Source: Pelagomonas calceolata (Eukaryota). From it: DNA of 64,000 nucleotides. The stretch spans positions 1,860,001-1,924,000 of the forward strand of contig CAKKNE010000004.1 in assembly GCA_918797485.1 (NCBI GenBank), written 5' to 3'. Shown here piece after piece: positions 44,293 to 54,059 of the stretch. Below the pieces are notes generated by a model. The model searched no databases. It worked only from the letters and a program-made list of their open reading frames with translations, and was not told where the DNA came from. The number at the start of each line of letters is the position of its first letter. Position 1 is the first letter of the stretch. The position numbers were made by a program, and so were the translations under genes.

Positions 44293-44716
44293 CTAGAACG
44301 GGCTCGCGACGGCCGGGCCGATCCAGAGCTCGGGCCGCGACGCGGCGATGGGGCGGTCGGCCCAGGCGCCGGGCGGCGGCGCGGCGGCCGCGGCGGCCGC
44401 GGCGGCCGCGTCGCACCCCCCGCCGAGCCAGCCCGGCGAGGGCGGCCGCGGCGGCGGCGCGTCCCACGCCTCCTCGCAGAAGAGGGCCGGCGAGTGGTCG
44501 AAGAACGCGTCGAGCGGGTCCTCGAGCTCGCCGACGTCGCTCGCGAGCGTCTCCACGGTCACGACCGTGCCCTCGGAGAGCGCGCGGGGCCGCTTGGCGG
44601 CGCGCGGGTCCGGCGACACCGACACCGCCTGCGCGGCCCGCGCCTGCTCCTTCTCCGCGCGCGCCGCGCGCATCGAGGCCTGGCGCGCCGTGCCGGGCCG
44701 CGCCGGCGCGCGGCGC

Positions 44717-44748
<32 letters not shown>

Positions 44749-45096
44749 CTCGCGGCTCGACTTGCGCTTCAGGGCGAGCAGCGCGTCGACGGGCAGGTCC
44801 GGCGGGCCGCCCTCGGCGGCCGCGAGCGCGTCGTTCGTGTAGACGCAGGCCGAGAGGCGGCCCTTGCCCTGCACCTTGTAGTACCCGAAGTAGTTGAGCT
44901 GGCGCTGGAAGCTGGAGAAGTTGCCGTGCCGGAAGTAGCGCGTCAGCACCTCGTCGCCGAGGCGCTTCGGGTCGCCGATCGTGATCTTGCCGTCGCCGTC
45001 CCAGCTGATGACGGCGGGGTCCTCGCGCGCCAGGACCTCGCGGAGCTTGAGGAGGAAGCTGGCCGGCGACGTCTTCCGTTTGGCGGTCGACGCCAT
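44293..45096 (-). CDS. Heat-shock-factor-type transcription factor
   Basis: FLLKL..VISW..VLTRYFRHGNFSSFQRQLNYFGYYK HSF DNA-binding domain. Confidence 0.93.
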
Positions 45097-46546
45097 CTCG
45101 GGCGCGCCGGCGGGCGTTTGGGATGGGCGCGCGGGGGCCGAGTCCTTGGGCTCCAGGCGCGGCGGGGCTTCAATTTTTTGGCCACGCTGTCGAAGCTGGG
45201 GCGCTCGTCTCCGCGGCCGGCGAGAGCGGGGCGCCTAATAATAAGGCAGCTACTGGGGCTCCACGCCCACGCCGGGTTCGACAGCCCCAAATGACAGGTA
45301 CGAAAATCCTCTTGGCTTCGACAAGACCGGTGAGAGAAGTCGGAAATTCCCACCCCGTTCGACGGATAAAAGCTAGCGTAATCGACATACTAGCAAATTC
45401 AAAGATACGCCTCTGTAGCGTCCAAAGAATGACTCAAATTCAGAATACATCCTAGTCGTTCGCCGAGACCAAATATTTGAGAGTAGCGGTCCGGGAACAT
45501 ACCCTCGCGCCTCCCGGAAGGCACCGCCCGTGACATTCGCGGATGAGTCTTACGAGTTTCCAAAGTAGACCAGCGATTGAAGGCGCCTTCTACCGTCCAA
45601 ATGAGACATTATATCAACTCCAGCCCAGTTTTCATCCACAATCGACGGAACCGGAGCCGACGGCCCGCGCTCGGAGGGCGGGAGAAGAATTCTACTAGAC
45701 AACAACCGAGTTTATGTTCGTTTCCTTCCGTTTGTTAGTGGTAGATTCCATCTAGGCCGCCTGGGCGGGGATGAGCTATGTTAGAGGATCTGTTGGAGCC
45801 GCGCGAAACGGAGATTCCGGGTCCCCACGTTTGTACAAAAACGGCCAAATCACCTGCACCCGCGAGTATCAGCGACGCCACCATCCAGATGGACCATGAC
45901 GCCGTTGTTCTATTCACGATCGACCGACTTGCCCGTTCTCCGCGGGCGACTGTGCGTACGCGGGGCACTGGAAAGGCCCCAGACCCGTGAGTTATGAAAT
46001 AAATTTGCGTTTGAGGCGATTCTGTTGTAGGACGGGCCATCCGAACCGCCTGAGTCCCCCCCTGGTGTGTCTTCCTGGAATACTGGAATACAAAAGACGA
46101 CTAGGGCTAGTAACGTAATGGTTCCCGATGACGCCGGACCCCGACGCGTCGTCGCCGTGATGCGCGCCCCAGGCTGCGCCACCGAGCCGTAGGCCAGACG
46201 CTGCATGGCTTCATCGCACAAAAACCTGCAAATTAGGCTAGACTGGAGAGGCTCAATCGCGCCCTTACCATAGTGCCTCACACGCGTCGGCAACACAAAA
46301 CGGGCGTGTTTAAGCCATTTTGGAGCCCAGAGACAGCATACAAAGTACCTTTACCTAGTCTTGCGATATAGAGGCCCCGTCCGTGTTGGCGGGGATACTC
46401 TTGGCAAGTCTCGTTTTCGCAACCGCTAGTTAGTGGGCGACTCCAGGGCGACTCCTGGGCGAGGATGGGCGAGGGGGGTTAAAAACCCGTACCGTAGTAT
46501 ACGTCCCAGGGGCATAGCGGCGTTCTACCCTGGGGCATACACTACT

Positions 46547-46560
46547 CGTGTGGAAATCAA
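46547..46560. repeat. Solo introner-TIR-like sequence
   Basis: cgtgtggaaatcaa with no partner TIR visible nearby. Confidence 0.55.
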
Positions 46561-46591
46561 GTAGGCAACACGGCAGCTTAGAAGGGGCAGC

Positions 46592-47902
46592 ATGGGGTGG
46601 CTCACCAACACCAAGCGGAAGCGCAAGCCCGCCGGGCCGGCGCAGCCGGACCAAGCCCTGAACGGGGGCGGCACGGGTGCGGCGCCGGGCGCGGCCGCTG
46701 CGCCCCCCGCGCCCGCGAGGCTGGGCGAGGCCGCGCGGACCGACGCTGGCGCGCACGAGGCGCTTGGCAAAGCCAAGTACGTCGAGCTCGTCGACGCCGT
46801 TGACGGCGCCGACGCCGACGCCGCGTGGGCGGAGCTGCCCGAGGGGGTGCGGGACCTGTTCGTGCCTGTGTGGAAATCAAATCTCGGACGCCTCATCGCG
46901 TGGAGGTTCACGAAGGTAACCTAGCTCACTGGTTGATTTCCACACAGGTTCGTACGGCTCGCCTTCGAAACCGAGGACGGCCCGCTGCCGCCGCTGCGCG
47001 CGTGGACGCGCGCGCGGGCGGCCGCCTCGGCGTCCGCGGCGGCGGCGGCGGCGGCCGACGACGCGCGCGCCGCGGGCGCCGCCGCGGCGCGCGACCGGTT
47101 CGCGGCGGCCGCGGCCGCCGCCGACGCCGAGGCGGCGGCCGCGGAGGCCGACGAGGCCGACGAGGCCGACGAGGCCGGAGCGGCGGCTCCCCGGCGGCGG
47201 CGGCGGCCGCCGCCGGACGGCGCGGGCGCGCGGCGCGCGCGGCAGCCGTGGCGCGTGGCGCCGCCGCCGCGGTACCGCCCCGTTCCGCGCGCGCCGCGCG
47301 AGGCGCTGGCGGCGACGTGGTCGCGCCCCGCGGGCGTCGTCGGCGCGACGTGGAAGCCGGCCGCCGCGGCCAGGGCCGAGCGCGCGCGCGCCCGGCGGCG
47401 CGCCGCGGCCAGGGCGGAGGCCGCGCGTCGAGCCTCGATCCGGTCCGTCTGCGCCCAGATCCTCGACCGCGAAAGGGCCGAGGGCGACGGCAGGGAGCTC
47501 GACGCGCGCAAGGTCCTCGAGGAGGTCCGGCGGTGGTACCGCGTCCAGCCCCGTCCCGCGGCGGCGGCGGTCCAGCCCCGTCCCGCGGCGGCGGCGGCGG
47601 CAGCGGCGGCGCCCGTCGTCGTCGCGGGCGACCGCGCGTCGCCCGCGCGGCCGCGGCCGCCGGGAACGCCGCCGCGTCATCCGCCGGCGGGCGCCTGGCC
47701 CCGGGACGAGTCTTCGCCGCCGGCGCCGGCGCGCCGGAAGGGGCCCTCCGTCGCGCACGACATCGAGGCCGGCCGCCGCCGCCTGCTGCGGAGCGTCGGC
47801 GTCGCGGTGCGCGCGCGCGCGGCGGCGGCGGCGGCGGCGGCGCCGGGGCCCACGCCTGCGCCCGCGCGCGACATCGACGCGCTCTTCCGCGCGCTCGCCT
47901 AA
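46592..47902 (+). CDS. Hypothetical Ala/Pro-rich protein, two exons
   Basis: Splicing 46858-46947 gives GVRDL|FVRLAFETEDG and continues in frame to ...DIDALFRALA*. Confidence 0.7.
46866..46947 (+). mobile_element. Short introner with intact TIRs; intron 46858-46947 (GT-AG, 90 nt)
   Basis: Perfect 15-bp TIR. TSD gttcgtgc/gttcgtac (7/8). Confidence 0.96.
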
Positions 47903-47985
47903 GCCAACAGTGTGTAATTCAGGACTCCCTCCGCCGTCGGCGCGCGCGCCGCGAAGAAGGTGGCCGCCGTATGTGATGTGTTAAT

Positions 47986-49188
47986 TCAGGACTTACCCTC
48001 CGCCGCCGGCTTGCGCGCCGTGAAGAAGATGCAGTCGTAGTCGGTGCGCATCATGGACCTCACGTTCGCGGTGTAGGTGCAGTGGCGCCACTCCTCCCGG
48101 ACGAGCTCGAAGCCCTGCGCCAGGATCGCGTGGCGCAGCTCGTCCCAGGAGAACTCCAGCGCGCGCAGGTAGCGGTCGTCGGCGCCGGCCGTCGGCCGGC
48201 CGCGCGCGTCGAGCCCGCCCTCGAGGTCCGCGCCCGACGTGGGCACCCAGTGGTAGAGGAGGGGCCCCAGGTTCACCCAGGCGCCGCCCGGCTTGAGCAG
48301 GCGCCAGATGGCGGCGACGTACTCGAGCGCGACCGGCGCCGTGTCCACGAAGAAGCACGCCGCGACGGCGTCCCACGCCTCGCGCTGGTCGCGGTACACG
48401 TCCAGGAACTCGCCCGCGGCCATGCTGAAGTCCGGCTCGCCGCCGCCGCCGCGCAGCAGCGCCGCCGGCACGACGTCGGGCACGCGCGCGGCGCGCAGCC
48501 GGTCGCCCGCGCGCCGGCAGTTCGAGGGCTGGTCGACGAAGGGGTAGAGCGCGACCTCGTTCGGCCGCAGGCCCGAGTTGAGCAGGAAGTTCGAGCAGAG
48601 CAGCATGTGGTAGGAGAACTCGTTGCCCTGCGCGCCGTAGCCGCGCGCCGCGACCTCGAGCACGAGGCGCGCGAGGCCGGCGCCGGGCACGAGCACGCGG
48701 CTGCGGCCGTCCCGCGGGACGACGCGCTCGAGCTCGTCCAGGATGGGCCCGTAGCACGCCGCGCGCTCGGCCGCGCCCTCGGCCGCCCAGTCGCGGACGC
48801 AGCTGTGCAGCGTGCTCCGCACCTTGCTGAAGTCGGCCTCCGTGGGCCGCGCGCGCGGGTCCGCCGGCGCGGCCGGCGGCGGCGCGCCGCCCGGCGGTCC
48901 GAACGCGCCGCGGCCGGCGACGACCGCGCGCAGGAAGGCGCCGTTCGCCGCCGCCGCGGCGCGCAGCCCCGCCGCGCGGCGCGCGAGGCAGTCGGGCGGC
49001 AGCAGCGCCCGCAGCTCGGGCGCCAGGCGGGCCGCGGCGCGCTCCGTGCGACGCGCGTCCGCCGCGACCGCCGCCTCGTAGCCCGTGAACGAGCCCACCA
49101 CGCGCTCGAAGTGGAAGTGCTCCTCCGCCTCGAGCGCGGCCTCCTCGGCCGCGGCCGCGCGCGCCGCCCGCTCCGCGTGGCGCGACAT
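47986..49188 (-). CDS. CARNMT1: Carnosine N-methyltransferase (N2227-like)
   Basis: KVRSTL..VRDWAAEG..ER, VLVPGAGLARL, QGNEFSYHM and WVNLGPLLYH motifs. Confidence 0.93.
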   Translation of the reverse strand: MSRHAERAARAAAAEEAALEAEEHFHFERVVGSFTGYEAAVAADARRTERAAARLAPELRALLPPDCLARRAAGLRAAAAANGAFLRAVVAGRGAFGPPGGAPPPAAPADPRARPTEADFSKVRSTLHSCVRDWAAEGAAERAACYGPILDELERVVPRDGRSRVLVPGAGLARLVLEVAARGYGAQGNEFSYHMLLCSNFLLNSGLRPNEVALYPFVDQPSNCRRAGDRLRAARVPDVVPAALLRGGGGEPDFSMAAGEFLDVYRDQREAWDAVAACFFVDTAPVALEYVAAIWRLLKPGGAWVNLGPLLYHWVPTSGADLEGGLDARGRPTAGADDRYLRALEFSWDELRHAILAQGFELVREEWRHCTYTANVRSMMRTDYDCIFFTARKPAAEGKS

Positions 49189-49310
49189 GGTTCTTTTCGC
49201 TTGGCCGGCACTTGTGTCTTCGCTTGCGTGCGCCGCCAAGTTTTGTTTTTTTCGTACATTACTCGCAGCCCCACCCGGGGACTATCCCACGGGGCTCGTG
49301 GATTGACTCC

Positions 49311-49590
49311 TTACGCGCCCCGGAGCTTCATCAAGAGGCCGGAGATGATCGCGAACGTGATGTCCTCCATGAGCGCCGTGTCGATGGCGCACACGTGCAA
49401 GGCCTTCTTGAGGTCCCACACGCTGAGCTCGGCGATCCCATCGACGGTCGTCGGCGCGCGGTCGCCCATGTGTCGAAACGCCTTGACTAAGAGGTCCTTG
49501 TCGAGGAGCGCCGACTTGTCCCGGAGCAGCGCGCCCTTGAGGTACTCGTTGTGCTGGTAGAGCGAGAACCCGATCGCGAGCGCCCCCGTG
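49311..49590 (-). pseudogene. 3' fragment of an unidentified host-like gene
   Basis: Strong GC3 coding signal on the minus strand (...KKALHVCAIDTALMEDITFAIISGLLMKLRGA*). No own start; the signal switches strand near 49600. Confidence 0.45.
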
Positions 49591-49609
49591 CCCGGCGTGT
49601 CGTTGCGCG

Positions 49610-49925
49610 CCGATGCGCTATTGGGGACCGAGTCCGCAGCCAAGTACTTTGATGTTGTGATCCTCTGGTGTTTCAGGACCGTGCTCAACGCGCCGGCTGG
49701 CGTCGTCCAGCGGGACGCCGCGGAACTGCTCTGCGTCGAGGACCGCGACGCAATCTTGGAAAGCAACGTGACGGTGGCGCACGTCTCGGACGTTGTCCGG
49801 TTCCGGGCCGCCGCTCTCCTTGGGGGCTGGGTCGTCGATTGCGACCTGATATGGCTGCGCAAGCCACCTGCCGACCGCATCGTGTTCGCGACGCTGTTTG
49901 CGAAAAACGCGGGCAGCATGTTGGC
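49610..49925 (+). pseudogene. Internal fragment of a DxD glycosyltransferase (GT32-like)
   Basis: VQRDAAELL..VAHVSDVVRF..GGWVVDCDLIWLR. No ATG start; runs into AT-rich sequence. Confidence 0.65.
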
Positions 49926-50196
49926 GCTCGCTGCGAAGCACAGGTCACAGCTGCGACGGGAGCAGTTGATTATTCGCTACCACGGCTACGTTACTACTAC
50001 TATAGTTGCGTCTAGCTCTCGCATGAATGTGTCTACGCTGCACTTCAGGCACCCGGCTGCTTTTTGCCGGCTGCTAGTATCTCTACACTACCGGGTCAAG
50101 TCTAGTCCTAGCACCGTAACAATAGAAGGAATGTCAAAGTCTCTGCCCACTAGTCCTAGCACCGTAACAACTCATACGTCTGCAGACGTCTGCCGC

Positions 50197-50268
50197 AGGT
50201 ACCGTAGGTACGATACCGGTACCGTGGTACCTACGGTACCTAGGGTACCGTAGGTACCGTACGGTACC
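50197..50268. repeat. GGTACC/TAGGTACCG palindromic low-complexity patch (largest copy)
   Basis: aggtaccgtaggtacgataccggtaccgtggtacctacggtacctagggtaccgtaggtaccgtacggtacc. Related patches at 6003, 7479, 7723, 15380, 32018 and 42433. Confidence 0.9.
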
Positions 50269-51048
50269 CACCTAAGCCGGGAACAGCGGTGTAGTAGTAC
50301 TCTCCCGGGCGACGGACCTCTCTCACTTTTGCGCTTGGCAGCATAGGTACAAGTAATGCAGGTGCAACTATCACGTGGCCATCTGGCGTGGCCATCTCAT
50401 ATGGCCCGGGGCCACGTATCCTTGTATTTACGTCTATGGTGCTCCGGGTGTTCAACCCAGCAGCCTTTGGCAGTTAAGGAGCAAGGGTTTTATATCCCTA
50501 AGCTGGGCTTAGTTCCCAAATAAATACGTCCTGTTCGACCGTGACCTGCCGCTGCGGATCAATACGCCGATCATGATCTGTTGGCGAGCTAAACTGTTAT
50601 AACAGTTTGCTCAGGCACTGCCAAAGGGGCTTATTGATTCTCCTAAAGGTGTGGGGTTTCCCCCGGAACTTCTTGTTCACCCTTTGAATCCAATTGGTGG
50701 GTCGGTACGATCCCGCCGCGGCGGTGCCCGCCGTGTTGTAGAGGCTTCAACAGCCCTCTGTCTACAGGAGGAGCTTTAATGAGAGCCCATGGAGCTGTCC
50801 CGAACTTATGTAAGGCTGACTCAGGACTGTCAGCATGATTGGTATCTTGGTAGCAATATCGTCCGGGACGAAGATACTTTCTTATACTCTTGTCCAATAG
50901 CGCGCAGGACAAAGGTCGTTTTATCGTAGAGGTCCGCCGCGACGCGACCGCACGCACCGCCGAGTCCGGGGCTGCGACACGACCACACCCCGGCCCCGGG
51001 CACTCGCGCGACGACCCCGCGGCCGGCCGGGCGGAGGCACCGTCGACG

Positions 51049-51636
51049 ATGAGCTGCCGCGGCCGCGGGACGCTGACCGTCCGGCGGAGCGACAACCCGT
51101 TCTTCCAGACGACGACGGGCGACATCGGCCAGGACTTCACGAAGGAGGTCGAGTACGCGGCGCCCACCGTCGAGCGCGCGCCGCCGCGCCGCACGCTCGT
51201 GGACAACTACGACTTCGGCTTCCTCTACGAGAAGATGAGCGACGACATCGGCGCGGGCCAGCACCACGCGCCCTCGAACCTCTCGCGGGCCATGGGCGCG
51301 CAGGACACGCCCGCGCAGCTCACGCGGCTGAAGACGATGGGCGCGCCGGCCTCGGCGGCGACGATCGCCGCGGCCGAGAGCCGGCCGAGCGCCGCGGACC
51401 GCGTCGAGCGCATCCTCGAGATCTACAAGCACGCCCCGAAGAAGGAGCACGAGATGTACATGACGACGTCCAACGTCATCGGCGCGCTCAAGCCGAACGT
51501 GGCCACCTTCACCGCCGAGCGGCGCGCGCGGAACCAGGGCTTCTCGAACTCGTTCCAGGGCGTCAAGTACCGCAACCAGGGCCTCACGACGGCGGTCACG
51601 AAGTCGAACGTCCACGACATGATCGACATGATGTAA
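51049..51636 (+). CDS. PIERCE1/2 (DUF4490)-like ciliary microtubule inner protein
   Basis: EHEMYMTTSNVIG..P...NQGFS...YRNQGLTTAVTKSNV resembles the YRTSN..YG..FS..RN.LN pattern. An N-terminal partial repeat DNPFFQTTTGDIG is also present. Confidence 0.65.
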   Translation: MSCRGRGTLTVRRSDNPFFQTTTGDIGQDFTKEVEYAAPTVERAPPRRTLVDNYDFGFLYEKMSDDIGAGQHHAPSNLSRAMGAQDTPAQLTRLKTMGAPASAATIAAAESRPSAADRVERILEIYKHAPKKEHEMYMTTSNVIGALKPNVATFTAERRARNQGFSNSFQGVKYRNQGLTTAVTKSNVHDMIDMM

Positions 51637-51681
51637 CCGTTACAACTATTACTAGTACTTTTTCCACCCACTGTGGCAGGG

Positions 51682-53110
51682 TCAGGGCTCGCCCGCGTCC
51701 TCCGCGCCCTTGGCGTCGCCCTCGAGCCGGGGGAGGAGCGCGCCGGCCGCCGCCGCGACGAGGGCCGCGCCGGACAGGTACGTCGCCCGCGCGCCGAGGT
51801 ACTCGTAGGCGCAGGACCAGAGGACGCTGCCGACCCCGGCGCCGAGGACGTAGTAGGCCGTCGAGAGCGCCGACTGCGACGTGGCCCGCAGCCGCGGCGG
51901 CGTCGCGTCCGCCGCGAAGCTCACGGCGGCGGACCACGCGAGCGCGAAGCAAGGCCCGTGCAGGAGCTGGAGCAGCGGCAGCGCCCAGGGCGCCGCCGCC
52001 GGCGTCACGCACGCGAGGGCGCAGAGCCGGAGCACCATGCAGCCGTGCGCGGCCCGCAGGAGCCGCGCGTGCCCAAACCGCGCGACGAGCGCGTCGCTCC
52101 GGTGGAAGGTGGGCAGCTCCGTCGTCGTGCCCACGAGCGTGACGGCGCCCATGAGGCGCTTCGACGAGCCGAACTCGCGCGCCATCTGCAGGAACAGGAG
52201 CGCCTCCACGAGCGACATGGCGACGCCGTAGAGCGCCATCAGGAGTAGGAATGGGCGCAGGCGGCTCTCGCGCGCGCAGCGGTCGCGGAAGGACCGCAGC
52301 GCGCCGAGCGCCGTCGGCGCCGGCGGGGCCGCCTTCGCGGCGACGCTTGCGGCGCCGGGCGGCGGCGCGGGCCGGCACGCGAGCAGCGCGGCGAGCGCGA
52401 CGGAGAAGCCGACCGTCCAGGCGAAGATCGCGTCGTAGCCGCGCGCGTCGATGGCGTAGCCGACGGCGAGCGAGCCGCCGCCCCACGCGACGCCCGTCCA
52501 GAGCCGCTGCGCGCCGTAGCCCGCCTCGCGGTGGGCCTCGACGACGCGCAGCGTGAGCGCGTCCGTGAGCGTCGCCAGCCCGTTCGCGGCCGACCGGGCG
52601 GCCTTAAGGGCGAAGAGCAGCGGTAGCGAGCCGACGACCGTTGGCGCCTGGTACAGGCGGATCAGCGACGCCGTCGCCGCGACCGCGGCGAGCAGCGGCG
52701 CGACGCCGGGCCGCGCGTCGGCCCACGCGCCCCAGAGCGGCGTGCAGAAGAACTTCGCGGCGAGGCCTGCGGCTCGCAGCGCGCCCAGCGTCGACGGCGC
52801 GATGCCCAACGAGTTGAGGTACGCGACCTGGTACCTTCCCCACGCCACGCCGCTGAGGCACGCGAGCACCTGTGTGGAAATCAACCAGTGTGTCGGGTGC
52901 ACCCGATAATTCTTCACGAAGTCATTTCTCGGCGATGACGCGGCCGTGCTGGGTCCGTTGGGCGGTGAGGAACCGGCACCCGCTACGCCATCCAGCAGGC
53001 GTCGCGTCGATGGCGTGGAGGACGACGCGAACGCGACGTAAAATTTTGATTTCCACACAGGCGAGCACGTGCACGGTCTTGATCCAGATGAGCTCCGGGT
53101 GCTGTGCCAT
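51682..53110 (-). CDS. MFS transporter (MFSD6-like), two exons
   Basis: PLWGAWAD, YGAQRLW, LQLLHGPCFALAW and LRATSQ motifs. Splicing 53068-52870 gives MAQHPELIWIKTVH|VLACLSG. Confidence 0.88.
52870..53060 (-). mobile_element. Intact introner; intron 53068-52870 (GT-AG, 199 nt)
   Basis: Perfect TIRs and perfect TSD gcgagcac (52862-52869, 53061-53068). Confidence 0.97.
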
Positions 53111-53608
53111 CGTCTCACATAACCTGTTCTCTGGGTGCGCGCGACGAGCCCGTGCTGGTCGCAGCAGCACGGCAGCAAACGCGGTCGCGAACAAACGCGG
53201 TCAACAGTTGCGATGCGCCCCACTCGATCTGAGGCCTCCAGGGCTTCAAGAATTAGACTAGAGCTCCTTGCCCCATGCCCTGGAAGCCTAGCCATGACGG
53301 GTTTTTAACTCGGAAGTAATACCACTCTCACCCTGTCCCACTGCGTCTCCTGGACGGATCGGCTCCACGTGTCCGCAAAAAGTGCTGCCTCTGCCGGCAT
53401 GCCTCTGCCCCATTTTGGAGTGCAGCGCCACACTGCAGTGGGCCTCCGGCGGCGCGGTGGTAGGCCACGCGGCCCCTGTCGTCCGTGAGCGCACGCCCCT
53501 GTCGTCCGTGAGCGCACGAGCGCGCTAGCATCGACGCCGGCGCCCCGCGAACGAGGCAGCCCCTAGCATCCCGGGCCCGCGCCGAGGCGCCGGCCGCGCG
53601 GGGGCGCC

Positions 53609-54046
53609 ATGCCGCCGCCGGCGGGCGAAGAATGCCAGCTCAACGCCAAGACCTTCCACAAGATGAAGATGACGACGTCGGGCCTGCAGGGCGTCGTCGA
53701 GAACCTCAACAACTCGCTCAAGGTGCTCGACGCCGAGATCGCGGCGGACGCGGCCGGCAAGCACGAGTATGGCAAGGTGATCAAGGCGCTCGAGATCCGC
53801 CGCGCGGAGCTGCAGGCGCGGCACGACGACAACGCGGCCTGGAGCGCCATGTACGACCGCGACATCGGCCCCTTCCAGTCCAAGAACGAGAAGAACGTCG
53901 AGGGCATCAAGGTCTACTACGACCGCGCGCGCGAGTTCCACGGCCGGGGCATCAAGATGCTCGAGGCCGAGTTCGCGTACCACCCGCTCTTCAAGCACCC
54001 CGGGGACACCTTCAACGCCGTCCCCTTCGCGCCGAAGAAACTCTAA
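53609..54046 (+). CDS. Hypothetical coiled-coil protein (145 aa)
   Basis: Strong host codon bias and helical sequence. Confidence 0.75.
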   Translation: MPPPAGEECQLNAKTFHKMKMTTSGLQGVVENLNNSLKVLDAEIAADAAGKHEYGKVIKALEIRRAELQARHDDNAAWSAMYDRDIGPFQSKNEKNVEGIKVYYDRAREFHGRGIKMLEAEFAYHPLFKHPGDTFNAVPFAPKKL

Positions 54047-54059
54047 ATTACTACTAGTA

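Noticed and set aside
45400..46500. AT-richer intergenic block with several short ORFs
   Set aside because: No recognisable domain, TIR, LTR or TSD.
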